DNA of 63,594 bases, filler included, from Nemertoderma westbladi (Eukaryota; Animalia; Xenacoelomorpha), in assembly GCA_032718475.1 (NCBI GenBank). It is 4 parts of 4 records of this genome, joined end to end, with 100 filler letters (N's around TTAATTAATTAA, not from the genome) between each part and the next. Parts side by side here need not be neighbours in the genome. Positions count along the whole stretch, not along the records: positions 1 to 17,651 come from JAUCBJ010004522.1; 3 more parts are not named here. The stretch is one strand, 5' to 3'. Shown here in pieces: positions 1 to 12,817 of this stretch. The number at the start of each line of letters is the position of its first letter. The first letter of the stretch is position 1. The notes below the pieces were generated by a model. The model was not told the DNA's origin and made no database searches. It saw only the letters and a list, made by a program, of their open reading frames with translations. The position numbers and the translations under genes were made by a program.

Positions 1-1770
1 CTTCAGCAGCCTACAGACGCGGCGACGCGTATAACACACACACCGGTCGGGATCTGATACTGCCAACTCCGTTGGATCCCGTCACACAGGTACACTAGCG
101 CAACTCCGTTCATTGTATCAGACCGGACATTTTGCCTTCATTTTTGCATGGTTTATTAAGTAACAGAAATAAGTCACAATATATGAAAATTGAGATTGAA
201 AGAACATATTTTATCAAATGCGCTAACAATTATCGTATCCAAAACTTAACTTGTCTAGATGTTTTATTGGTTAATATGTCAAGACCATTGTATGAAAATA
301 TCAAACAAATTGGTTAAAAAATGACTTTAAGTGGCGCAAAAACAAGATCTGCCTCTATCTGATTGCCAATATGTACTGTAGGAAGCCTACAGTAGGCCTA
401 ATAATTTAAATAGTAATTTATGACAGTTACTAAAGAAAGACACAGCTGGAATTTCCGCTACGGGGGTTTTGTTCGTTGTCGGTGATTTCATTTCCGATAT
501 CAGTTTTCATGTTTGGCAAGACATGAAAACGTATGATCCCTATATAGTCTGCCTTTCCAGTTGTCAGTCGGAATATCTGTTTGTCTGTTAGTTTGTCCGT
601 CCAAATATAATAAACACACGACAAAGCTAACATTGTCCTATGGCGTTTTCCTGGACGGTGATTTCATTTCCGATGACAATTTTAATGTTTGGTGATATCA
701 TCTCTGTCTATCAGTCAGTCTGGCTGTCTGTCTGTCTGTCTGTTGGTATGGACGTCAACATACTGTATATAATAGAACATACGACCCAGCTAAAATTTTC
801 ACAATTCTGGTTTTAGAGGTGAAAAAATGAGAAGTAAAAACTTTCAATTTGAATTCCCCTATAAAATTCTGCACAAGAATCAAACAAAAAGAGTTTTTGA
901 ATTTTTTGTCCCATTACCCCTAAACCAAACTTAGAATCTGAAATCGAATTTCAGTGGGGGACTCAGCAGTTCTCCAATCTCCCTCTAGAGAACTACTAAA
1001 CTCTTAATAGTTGACCCTAATGTTAAACTTGTTTGATTCGTCCTGCGCGAAAGCACCGCGAATGTGTTGAATATTTTGCTACATTATATTAATAAGTTTG
1101 ATATACTGTATATACTGTACAGTAGTATATACTGTACAGTAGTATATACAGTAGTATACTGTATACATGTATTATTGATTTTCGTCCTGCGCGAAAGCAC
1201 CGCGTAATAAGCGAGGCCTACAGAACATGTTATTGAACTTAGTTTATAGGTTTATCTGCTTTCCAATAATTATAGTCATACAGTTTATGGTACAATATTG
1301 GTTAAGACTTCATTTGCGTTCTTCTTATCAAATGCGACCATAGAAAATGTAGCGGGACTATATTTCGGCGATATGTTATGCCTACGACACCGCAAAGGAC
1401 AATCTAAAAATGTTTTAAAACCAGCAGATTAGATTTAAAAATTGAAATTAACGCGATTAATGTAACAATATAAAAAAAATCAATACCAACAAAATAAAAC
1501 AGTAGGCCTAATTAAAATAAACATATTACGTACTGTGTATTACGTATTAAGCATTAAGTACGATAAGCGGAGGGGGAGATTTGGCTGCATGCCTTTCTGA
1601 CGTTCTGAATGTGGATTCGGACAACTTTTGTACTCAACTTATAATGCTATATATCTGAATTTGGAAACTGAAAAAAATATTCAATTTAATGCAGCTCGGC
1701 TGGCGTTTCTCTGGATAACATTTTGTATTTTTTCAATCAAAACTATATTTTTGTATTTTTTGTGTTTCAG

Positions 1771-2350
1771 TACTCAAACCCCTCCCACACTGCAGAGCTG
1801 AGTCTGTGAGACTTACGGAAAGGCGTTCGCACAGAAAAGCGTCCTAAACAGTCACCAAGAGATCCACACCGGAGAGCGACCATAGACTACCAGTGCAGCA
1901 TCTGTCTCACACAATTCTCTCAGCAAGGATCCCTAACCATACACAAACGTTTACATACGGGGGAGCAGATACGGATGTCTGCCACATGTGGATCCGGGTT
2001 TGTGGATACCAGCCGATTCAAACGCCACTCGATGCATTCACTCGGGGAGCCACAGTTTAGCTGCTATACTTTCGGTTAATCTTTCTCCCGGATTGGTATA
2101 TCCGCAAAATGAAAGTAAGTAGTGATCTACTTGTACTGGGTGGGTGTAACTGTACCAGACCAGTCGTTCAAAGGGTTTATAACTAGCTGATATGCGCGGC
2201 GATAGGTAGTCTGAGTGTGTGGTGTAGTTACGGAGAAAATTGAACTTCTCGCTATTGCGCTTCGGGGTTGGCGATCGGCCTCGAAACGCCCGGTACAGTG
2301 TTCTTTGGCCGACATTTTGAACATCGTCTGGCCAACGCGGACAGAACAGC
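1771..2350 (+). pseudogene. Decayed tandem C2H2 (Kruppel-type) zinc-finger exon
   Basis: Polypyrimidine tract + AG at ~1745-1770. Translation across frameshifts/stops gives VCETYGKAFAQKSVLNSHQEIHTGERP / YQCSICLTQFSQQGSLTIHKRLHTGE / TCGSGFVDTSRFKRH / SGEPQFSCYTFG*SFSR, i.e. HTGERP-type linkers with several lost Cys/His. Confidence 0.8.
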
Positions 2351-2789
2351 AGAACAGTTAGTAGTTGTGGTGGTGGTGGCTGTGACTGCAATAATTTTAA
2401 ATTTCCATTCCTATAAGTTCTCTCCTCTTTACAGTCAGCTGGTGATTGAGTTTTTATCATAATTTGTAACATGTTTTAAATTTGAAGTGTTATTATATAC
2501 TTTAACTTACATGTAAAATAAATGAATAAATTAAATAAGATTATAAAAAAACTAAAGGGCCTAACTTACAGTATATGCTACACGTCCTATGGAAATTCCA
2601 CCTTATTCTCACCTGCCGTAAAAATAATATCACCCAAACATCAATTATTATATTATTATACATTACGTTCATTATCTTCCATGTTCCAGCTACTACAGAG
2701 TTACAAAATATTTCCATTTTGAATAAAATAGTATTTATTTGGTTTATATTACTTTAATATAATTTTAAATTAACTTAATATTATAAACA

Positions 2790-3545
2790 AAATAAACTAA
2801 ATTAAGTAAATTATCATTGGTTGAAAAAATAAATAAACTAAATTATATAAATTGTGATTGCTTGAAAAAATAAATAAACTAAATTAGGTACTGTAAATTC
2901 TGATTGGTTTAAAAAATAAATAAACTAAATTACATTAATTCTGATTGGTTGAAAAATAAAAGAAAACAAAATTATGCAGTCAGACTGTAGGCCGTTTTGT
3001 GGTACTGCAGACTGAGGTATGGACCATGGCCTACTACTGTATATATAGTAGGCCATGTATGGACATAAACATGGTTTACATGGTAGGCTACTCGGGCTGT
3101 TTAACTGTAGTAGGCATAGTGAAGTAGTGTGGTACCAGTATGCTATATTGACGAAAATTCCTTAATTTCGTTTATTTATTTTTTCTACCCTGTACCAATC
3201 AGAAACCTGCTTAGTTTAGTTTATTTATATTTTCAACCAATTATAGAAAGTTTATTTATTTTTTCAACCAATCAGAAACCTCATTAATTTTGTTTATATA
3301 TTTTTTCAACCAATCAGAAAAGTACTTAATTTAGTTTACTTATTTTTTCAACCAATAAGAATTTACTTAATTTAGTTTATTTATTTTTTCAACCAATCAG
3401 AATTTACTTAATTTAGTTTATTTTTTTCAACCAATCAGAAACCTCCTTAATTTAGTTTATTTATTTTTTTAATCAATCAGAATTTACATAAATTTGTTTA
3501 TTTATTTTTTCAACCAATGAGAATTTACTTAATTCAGTTTATTTT
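2790..3545. repeat. Foldback-like element: two inverted arrays of a ~39-bp CCAAT-containing unit
   Basis: Left array (AAATAAATAAACTAAATTAAGTAAATTCTGATTGGTTGAAA-like, ~2790-2975) is the reverse complement of the right array (TTTCAACCAATCAGAATTTACTTAATTTAGTTTATTTATTT-like, ~3160-3545). Confidence 0.8.
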
Positions 3546-4379
3546 GTTTCTGTTTTCTTAATCCCCTGAACACCGTAATTTACTTTATTTTTTCTTAATC
3601 CCCTTCACAAAAAAATAAATTAAATGTGGCCTAAATCAGCCACCGTATAAAAGTTAATATTAATTTAATATATTAGTATTAATAGTAATAAAAAAAATTT
3701 TTGAAAGAAAGGACTATTTCTTTCATTACCTTTTTACTTTTTTTTAACTAATTTTACAGCATACACAATACCGAAATGAAACTAAATTGTTTATACCGGG
3801 ACCGGGACCGGGACCGGTACCGAATTAGGACAGGTACAGACAGGCTGACAGGGTGTACAGTAGGCTACAATCAATGACTGCTGAAGCAGTAGACCTTGGC
3901 TACAATATGTAAAAAGGAGTTACCGGTAGCCGGAGATAGATGTCAATAAATCGTCTGTACTGTTGTTTGTAAACAGTACAGTACTGTAAGACTAGAAGAC
4001 AGTAGTACTGTACATTTTCATAAAGATAATTTAAGGTAATGTGGAAATCCTTGTCGTAAGTATCATGTTCTTGGTGTAAGAAAGTCAAGTGAAAAACATC
4101 GTTTCACAATATTGCCGTAAAGGTTGTCGTAGCTACGATAACGTAAATTGACTTAACGTAAGATTAGTTAAAACGTTCTCCGTTTTTGCGATGACGAAAA
4201 TTGTATTTACAGTATACTGTACGATACAAATATTTGGATGTTGCTACGCAACCAGAGTATATCATTGGCTAGTGTCTGAATGATGGATTGCATTGCCTAA
4301 AGAACGCATAGCGGTAATCGTAAGCGATATACAGTTTAACACCACGCACCCCAATAGTTGCCTCACTGATTCGACTGAT

Positions 4380-4740
4380 TCTGTGCACAAAAATTACGAA
4401 ATTAAAGCGTTTTGAACATTGAAAAATACAACGAGAGTAAAGTAATTTTTCAAAATGAGGCGTAGTCGATAGACATAAATGTGAAACAGTAGACCACATG
4501 GCATGAGATAGCTCTATGGCTGAACTGCCAATCGGAATCTGTTGACAGATCATGGAGTGATGTCCGAAAATCTTTTAACGATATGTGCTGCTTAGCCATA
4601 AAAACGGAAGGCTGCGTTTGATAGAGAGTAGGAGGCACTGGGGGACATGAATCACCGAATCCCATCAGCACGTGGGCGTAATTTATAATAGAAGAGATTT
4701 TACTGTCGGAGATATGTAGCTATTGGTATTCCTGGTTCTT
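4380..4740 (+). pseudogene. Myb/SANT-like DNA-binding ORF relic, typical of the second gene of PIF/Harbinger transposons
   Basis: Translation IEKYNESKVIFQNEA*SIDINVKQ*TTWHEIALWLNCQSESVDRSWSDVRKSFNDM, then after frameshifts RKAAFDRE..GTGG. This fits the W.EIA..LN...R.W..V.K...D.....K......TGGG pattern. Confidence 0.65.
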
Positions 4741-4849
4741 ACGAAAGCCTCGTTTGTCACACAGATCGGGAGAATGGCGAAACTGATCCCGTTCTAATCG
4801 ACACGTCACTTGTTTCAGATGTAAGTAATAATTAATAGTAGGTCTACAG

Positions 4850-5400
4850 TCATGAGCTACTATAGATACGACCCGCCAAGCTGTTGCAAAGCCCCAAAAT
4901 TTAGTGGGCCAGTTATCTATCTTCTAGATACAACCCCTGAAACAATACAGTAGGTCTAGCGCGTCGAAAGTACTTGTCCCTAACTAAAATTATCTCCTCT
5001 TTCAGATGAGACAAATAAAAATTTTATAGCTCCAGTAGTTTCGAGATATGAGGAGTTCCTGGCACCCATACCATATCAGCACTTTTGGGAATTGATAAAA
5101 TTATTCAAAATACAAGCATCACCCTACAAGACTTTGGTATAACCATTAAACCATATTATGCATTTTTGGTTAGTCGAATTAATTATTACTAATCGAAAGC
5201 GAAATTAGAATATTATCTACATTGTTTATTTTATAATAGACACTAAAAGAGCACCAAAATTACAAGTAGCTCGAAATTTTCAAATAGCCAAAAGTGGTAA
5301 TTAGGCCGTATAGTTTGGCTACTGAGGTTTTATAATGTGCTGATTTCATTGGCAAGGTTTATAAAATTGGGGTATTTTCAAAAATGACCAATGTTTCAGT
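4850..5400 (+). repeat. Dispersed repeat, copy A (inverted relative to 9690-10165)
   Basis: ~550 bp collinear reverse-complement similarity, e.g. TAGATACGACCCGCCAAGCTG and AAAGTACTTGTCCCTAACTAAAATTAT. Confidence 0.85.
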
Positions 5401-5839
5401 CGAAAATTCTAAGTGCCAACCAGTGCACTTCTAGTTCAGTACTGCAGTACTCTGGTACTGGTGAGGTAATGTAGTGAATTATTCAGTATGGGGTATTTGC
5501 ATTACACTGCACTACTGCGTTAGGCATTACATTACTGCTGATAGTGCTGACTGCATTGTGCTCTTACTGTGTTCTGGTGTTAGGCATCAATAATGCCTTA
5601 TCATTATTACATTACCTGATTACCTGTATTTATTTGACTGTTTATTATCACCTCTCTTTACACGGGCTGGCAGCCACGGGCACGGGGGCCTAATTTAATC
5701 TGGACATAGTATCTGAATCTGTACTGTATGGAGGGGAGGCCGTAGCAGACTGTAGTTCAGTTGGAAAGTGCTGTGTGTATAGATGACGCTCGCTCGCTCG
5801 GTCTACAGAGTGGCACTTACAGTAGTTCGACTAGTCAAG

Positions 5840-6120
5840 GCTTTTTTATAGATCAAATGACAGAATGACACCAGTGCCTACCACTAACATTTGTACATTT
5901 CGACGTGCGATATATTCAGTAAACCCGGAGTCTGTTCCGACTTCATTGTGCTATAAATGCCTCAAATTCCTCGGAGACCGCCAGTAAAAAGAATGTACCG
6001 TCCATCGTCTATCGAAATTCATGAAGGAGAGTAAAATTAGTTATTTATCTAATCTAGAGATGAAGCTACTGCTCGACTTGGGGTTGGAGGGTCCGGTTGT
6101 TCTTTAAGAATCATCGTGCT
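5840..6120 (-). pseudogene. Possible heavily decayed piggyBac-like transposase fragment
   Basis: Minus-strand translation SLD*INN*FYSPS*ISIDDGRYILFTGGLRGI*GIYSTMK ... TGVILSFDL resembles the Y.P...hSIDE.MI.F.GR..hKQY...K region. Many stops. Confidence 0.35.
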
Positions 6121-6905
6121 AGGTTTATTCTTCTGCCTAAACCAGCGGGACCCCAATCTGCCCTTTCGGAGGATCTCAAGTAAGACAATATGCGTGGCCA
6201 CCTTAACAGTGTTCGTTCTTACTATGTATCTTGGATTTAATAGACAAAGGTAATTGATACATAATATATATGCTGACGTTTAACACTATCTGCTATCTGG
6301 CTCGGGCTATACGGGCTATATTACTACAGTAATTAATTGGCCAGTGGGGGGGGTTCCTTTAGAAATTTTGTAGATCTTTGCTCAAAAATTTCAATTTTGA
6401 TGGTATAAGGGATTTCGAGGACGCTAATTACGATAAAACATGTCAAACTTTCTGGCAAATTTTAATTTTCTGGCAATGCATCAATCATTTTTGGTGCTAT
6501 TTTCTGATTTTGCCCCCCCAGGACGAAAAGTACAAGTAAAAAATTGTCAAACTAAACATTTTGTGTTTGGTTTGATAATTCTAAACTTATACGGGTTTTC
6601 GAGGTAGCTGATCGCGATGAAAGTAGTTATAAATATTTCTGGTATGTACAAAAACCAATTTTGGTGCCATTTTGGTGCTCCAAAACGAAAAGTACAAGTA
6701 GCAAAAATTTGAAACTGTTAAATTTTGCCTTTGGTTTGGTAATTCTGACACTATACTGTTTTTCAAGGTCGCTAATCACGATACTACTACTACTAGGTCG
6801 AGCGAACTCGGACAGTGGAAATGAGATCCTTCCAGGCTTCCCGATTCTCCATAGTTATCGCAATTTCGTTTCTCCCAAGTTCAGTATGCCTTTCAAGTTG
6901 ATCTA

Positions 6906-8826
6906 CAGTCGGGGTCTCAAAGTGCATCTGTTCTTTGAGATTTTCTCAAAGAACTAAAAGTGTCTCAAATTTCTAAAAGTGGTCCAAGAAAATGACAAAG
7001 TGTCCTCAAAGATTTCAAAGTAGTACTGTCAGTCATTTCATACAGTCCTGCCTGAAGCTGGCTATGGTATGGGGTATATTGCATTTGACTATAGGGTATA
7101 ATATAAGTAATAAAAACCTCTATGAAACAATAAAGATGCCTCCAAAAAATACTGCAGTAATAAATATTTGTTACTGAAAGTAAGAATTAAACTTACTGCA
7201 GTAATAAAAAATTGTATTTTTCTGCAGTAACAAATAATTAGTTACTGCAGTAGAAATTTTTATTCAATTATTTATTAATATTGATTATTGCAGTAATAAA
7301 TATTTTTTACTGCAGTAATAAATATTTATTACTGCAGTAATAAATATTTGTTACTGCAGTAATAAATATTTATTATTTAATTAATTTAAATTTAAATTAA
7401 TTTAATTAATTTAATTAATTTATATTTAGACTCTTTAGAGACGCCATAATTGGGGTCTATCGGAATGTGTTGGTATTTGTGTCATAGACAGTTTGTCTGT
7501 TGCCCTATCTATATTAATGTATAGTGCTAAAACTGTACTGTTTAAATTTGTTTAGACCACGTGAACGCCGAATACCTTTACCAATGCATTTCAATGGTCA
7601 ACCAGCCATACTTTGCCGCACTGTAAATTATGTTATACAAAGTAAAGAATAACGATAGAGGCAGGAATAAAGATAAATGATTCAAGCGCACTAATTGGCT
7701 GTTCCCATAGATGTTTTAGGCATTGTTGGTGCGCAATGCATATGGTCAGAGCGACCGCCCAGTCTGCCAAAATCTATTATGTAATCAAATGGTACCACAA
7801 GCCAAGCAAAGCATGTGACAGTTCTTTCCGGCTCTGCACCTGTTTGTTTGAAGGTCGCCGACCGTGGGTCGCTACTCGCTAGCTGTGATTGATCGTTTAA
7901 ACTGGGTGCCGCTTTGCCAGAAGGCAGTACACATCAATTGAATATGAGGCAAACATTTAAAATATGCTCAAATATAAACGCCAGCGGCAGGGGATATTTT
8001 AATATCTCTATTAAGCTAAAACAACACAAGATTGTAGCCGTTCTATCGTACTTGAAAGTCGAAAGCCTTTCTTAGTTTTTAAGAAGGAATTATCGTGCTC
8101 TCGTCAACATAGTTATCATATTAATTAAACAGTTAAGGTAGTACGGTTTGACCTGAGGTGACTAATGAAATGAATAACAAAAGCTATTACAAGCTTTCTC
8201 CCAACAGGGCTTCTTTAGGTCATTATAATGAAACTACGTATACACAGAGAAACTACAGTGCAGTTTCTCTTATATTAATTGTTAATCTGATATTGTATTA
8301 TGTTATTAAAATAATCAATCTTGTCAAGCATTAATCTTGTTTCCCTAATTATGTTTCATGTATTATTTGAATGAATGTTTTTTAGAACGACTTTAGGGTG
8401 CCGTAAATTCAATTTGTACTTGCGACCGAAAACCCATCCCGTAATGACCTCAGGAACCTCAATTTGATAAATTAATGGGAATATAGCTTCTATGCAACAA
8501 CTGGCCAGCACACAAGTATCACTTTGTTGCCCGCATAATATTGTTCCCCGAGAATGCCTCTGCCTCTCAGCTTACCACGAGCTGTCAATCAGGAATACCT
8601 CGGAGTTTATTTTCTCAAAGAATTAAAAGTGCCGCAAACTACCTCAAAGTGACATTTCTCAAAGAATTCAAAGTGCCTAAAAGCAGGAAATCACTTTGAG
8701 ATTCCCAACTAAAAGTGTCTACAAGAATTCAAAGCGGCCGTTGGGAGTAATGTAATGACTTTTAGACACTTTTAGAAAAACTTTGAGAAAATCTCAAAGA
8801 ACAGATGCACTTTGAGACCCCGACTG
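6906..8826. mobile_element. Non-autonomous Tc1/mariner-type element (MITE), TA target duplication
   Basis: TA|CAGTCGGGGTCTCAAAGTGCATCTGTTCTTTGAGATTTTCTCAAAG at 6906 and its exact reverse complement ending at 8826|TA. Confidence 0.9.
7140..7378. repeat. ~22-bp tandem repeat (TTACTGCAGTAATAAATATTTR)
   Basis: Repeated near-palindromic TTACTGCAGTAA core, inside the MITE. Confidence 0.8.
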
Positions 8827-9689
8827 TATATATGTTATGGCTGGTCGTCCACGACTACGCTTTCCATGAGTTGGTTGCCAGAGAAGTAGATCTGGAATGA
8901 CCTCGTCTTTACTTCGCCAGCAGTGCCCACTGAATCTTAATCTGCGTTGACGGAGGGTTGTTGATACAGGTGGTATTGTACCATAAAGCTTGTCGTTTGT
9001 CATGTGTTGTCTCCAGCTGATGTTTAGGGCTGCCCTTAGTAGTCTTGTGTAGCAAACATCAATTCGTCATCTAATCACGTTACAACTCGTTAAAAATAAT
9101 TCGTGGTAATGCAACTATCGTTTTTCGTGTTTGTCTGGTGGGACGAAAAATGCAAGTAGCCTAAAATTTCAAAGAGAAAAAATCAAATTTGGTTGGATGG
9201 ATAATACGATATTTATGAGTGTCATATTCGAGATCGGCATCCCAAAAAACCCCAAATGTTATAAAATCAGGTTGATTTGGTAATGATTTTTCATTATGAT
9301 ATTTGTGCTACTGTATTTGTATTTTTCGTGCCACACATTGACACGTATCTAAAAAAAAGCCGTAATCAACAAGGTACGATATTTTTCAGTGTCATATTCG
9401 TGATCAGCATCCCAAAAAACCCCAAATGTTAAAAATCAGGTTGATTTGGTAATGATTTTTCATTATGAAGTATTTTTCGTGCCGCACATTGACACGTATC
9501 CAAAAAAGCCAAAAAAAACACATGGTCATAAAATCAATTTGTTTTCGTGGTGAATTTTCATTATCATATTTTCACTACTTGTTTTTTTCGTGCTCCAGGG
9601 GCACAAATAACTGACTAATAACTAATATAACAATATGTCTGTCTATGTTGTTATTTTACACAAATCTTCGATATGTTTGATGTAGAGGA

Positions 9690-10165
9690 ATAAACCTTCC
9701 CAATGAAAGCAACACATTCTAAAACCTCAGTAGCCAAACTGTATGGCCAATTTACCACGTTTGAAAAAAGTGCTTCTTGCACTTTTGGTGCTCTTTTAGT
9801 ATATATTGATAAAAAAATGAAAATGTTGCTTCTAATCTTACTTTCGATTACTAATAATGAATTCAACAAACCAAAAAAGCATAGTATAGTTTAATGGTTA
9901 TATCTAAGTCTTTAAAGGATGAGTATTTTGTGTAATTTTATCAATTCCAGGAACTCCTCATACTGTATCTCGAAAACTATTGGAGCTATTAACTTTTTAT
10001 TTGTCTCATCTGAAAGAGGATATAATTTTAGTTAGGGACAAGTACTTTCGAAGCAGTAGACCTATTGTTTCAGGGGTTCTACAGTATATAAGAGAAATAA
10101 CTGGCCCACTAAATTGAGGGGCTTTGCAGCAGCTTGGCGGGTCGTATCTAATAGTAGGTCATTGT
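9690..10165 (-). repeat. Dispersed repeat, copy B (inverted relative to 4850-5400)
   Basis: Reverse-complement match to copy A. Confidence 0.85.
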
Positions 10166-10237
10166 ACAGTAGGCCTAGTAATAAAGTTTTTTACTGCGAG
10201 CTAGTATTTTAGATTTTTTTTTAATAATATTACAATA

Positions 10238-10480
10238 TGGCCCGTATGCATAAAACACTTACGACGATCGTAACTTTACGATGATCGTAAGTTTCACATT
10301 TCCGATGATCGTAAATATAATCGGTATGCATAAACATTGACGATGATCGTAACTTTGTGATGATCGTAACTTTACGATTGATATCAATCGTAACTTTATG
10401 ATTGATAATACCTGCCCGTAAAAGTTACGATCGGGATTTCTATCAGCTGAGATTAACAGGTTGCCAGGCAACAAGCCAAA
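10238..10480. mobile_element. Probable terminus of a Harbinger-like non-autonomous element with subterminal repeats
   Basis: GGCCCGTATGCATAAA start followed by repeated ACGATGATCGTAACTTT units. No partner end found. Confidence 0.4.
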
Positions 10481-10512
10481 ACAATACTGTTTAACGTGGG
10501 TATAGGTGCTTT

Positions 10513-11667
10513 GGGGTAAATCTTTTCGACCTACGCGTAGGCCTACGCGTAGCTACGCATAGTTCGCAACATTGGGTCATATATCACCAGTTTCAGAGTT
10601 TTAACATTAACTACGCGTAGGTGCTACGCGTAGCTACGCGTAGGTCCTACGCGACCTACGCGTAGGTGCTACGTATAACTACGCGTAGGTGCTACCCATA
10701 ACTATGCCTATAAGTCGTTTATCATTAGTAGGCCTACGTATTCCAAGCGGTTCAGTACTAAAATAAGACCATACGGTATGTTCAATAAACAACCCACAAC
10801 CATCAAATGCTTTCAACAGTAATGCATCCTATACCTGTATACTCTATATAGAGGAATACCCTAAGACTACATATTCTTCACTTCATGCGTTGCGGGTGCT
10901 AAAATGTGTTACCGGTAATAATGTTTAGAGTTCAAAAATAGTTTACAAAGGAAATAGGCCGATGGTTCTTATCGATTCTCTATGCTTTTTATTGCCTTTG
11001 TTCACGATAGGGCAAGGATATATTTAATATGTTAACCCCTTGACAAGGGAAGGGGGAGACTAAATTGTCTACCATGATTGGTTGCTCTTGTTATTTGACC
11101 AAACAATTTGATTATATGCAGTATTTATCAGCTTTCGCTTAACCTCTTCACCGGTAGACTGGTCGCTTTATTTACTACTGTTCAATATTTAAATAATCCA
11201 ATGGAAACAAAGATACTTGAATCATGAGACGTGAATTTTAAGTTTACTTTTTATTCATCCTCTGTGTTTGTATGTGAAAGAGCCGAATATTATTTATTAC
11301 CAGTGCTGTATGTAGAGATATGAGTTTCCGATTCTGTTATTACATTTGTCTGATAATCAGATACCTGACATATACCGATACTTCCCTAACAACTCAACCC
11401 TACCGGACCTGAAATGAGAAATCATTGTTATCAGGACTGCTACGCGTAGCACCTACGCGTAGCTACGCGTAGCACCTACGCGTAGTTTCAAATTACCTAC
11501 GCGTAGTTCCAAAATAACTACGCGTAGTTTTAAAACACCTACGCGTAGTTGTTAAAAAGGCAGTGAGTCTGGCCCTACCGGTAAATGACAGGAATGGAAG
11601 TTACAAACTACGCGTAGCTACGCGTAGCTACGCGTAGGCCTACGCGTAGGTCGAAAAGATTTACCCC
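10513..11667. mobile_element. MITE with long TIRs and CTACGCGTAG palindromic subterminal repeats
   Basis: GGGGTAAATCTTTTCGACCTACGCGTAGGCCTACGCGTAGCTACGC at 10513 and its reverse complement ending at 11667. TGCTTT is duplicated on both flanks (10507-10512, 11668-11673). Confidence 0.9.
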
Positions 11668-12817
11668 TGCTTTGTTATGTTTACGTTACCACCGGTATGG
11701 ACACATAATTCTGCATACAGCTACAGAATATTGGCGAGCGCTTAGTGAGTAATGCCATAATGGTTTTACTTATAAGTATTCGCACGTGCTAAAATGTGGA
11801 AACAGCTGGTAATACCTAGGAACACCTGTACCTGTAACGTGCCATTTTTTTGAAAAACATGTTTGACAACAATTGGTACTAGAGTGCAAAGAGATATACA
11901 AGTATTATAGCTAAAGCTACTGTACCATAGAAATTACTAGGTAGGCCCTACAATGATAATTTTTTAACAAACTGCACAACTCCCCAGTAGTAGGAGAAGC
12001 ATAGATCCCCCATAACTCCTCCCTAGCTTGGGCTACGGGCTGCATCTCGGAGGCAATTAAAAAATGCCAAATTTCTGCGCTAAATCGAGGTGTTTAATGA
12101 CCATCTGTCACCATCAATATTGATTCGCGTCGTTGCCTTCAACCAATCGTTGCTTATCACCTACGCGTAGCCTAACCTCACGATGCCTGCCTTACTCGAC
12201 AACTGTTACCACCCGTGAGTATTGATTCGCGTTGTTGCATCAACCAACCATCGCATATTCATCTTCGCGTAACCTAACTTCTCAACGCATGGCTAGCCCC
12301 CACTACGCTATTATATTATATATCGATTGCCAACTCACCACGGCTACTCTTCGACGGCTGTCGCCAAACCAATCAATCCAACCAACCAAGCAGCCTGCCT
12401 ACCAGTCCAATCCAACGCTATTATGATACGTGTTGAAATTCCGCCACGTTCCAGCTACACATATACGAACAACATTTCCATAGTAGTTACTCAACCTAAC
12501 CAATCCCGCAGCATCTGTGCCATATTGAAAGGCTTCCACCACTAACATTATACTGTGCGTTTTTTTATTATAATAATTATTGATTATTACACACACACAC
12601 GCACACACACAACCCTATGATTCATATTCTTTCACGTATTTCCTATCCACGCAATCAACCAGCCAGCTATTCATCCATGTTGCTCCCCATCTCTTTTCTT
12701 ATTCGTTGATGATTATGACACGTACCATCTCTTCTTCGTTGACTATGCCACATCGCAAATTTTTATATATATAAGTGAATGTTTTAATAAAATTCATCAC
12801 TTGTAATCTTCTTCATG

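Larger units (their letters stand above)
6783..9065 (-). mobile_element. 5'-truncated RTE-clade LINE 3' end, split by a MITE (parts 8827-9065 and 6783-6905)
   Basis: YTRLLRAALNISWRQHMTNDKLYG..RQRRLRFSGHCWRS..LLLWQPTHGKRSRGRPAITYI continues across the MITE as DQLERHTELGRNEIAITMENREAWKDLISTVRVRST* followed by a (TAG)n tail. Confidence 0.85.

Noticed and set aside
2038-2472. Minus-strand 144-aa ORF
   Set aside because: Antisense to the decayed zinc-finger exon, no domain signal.
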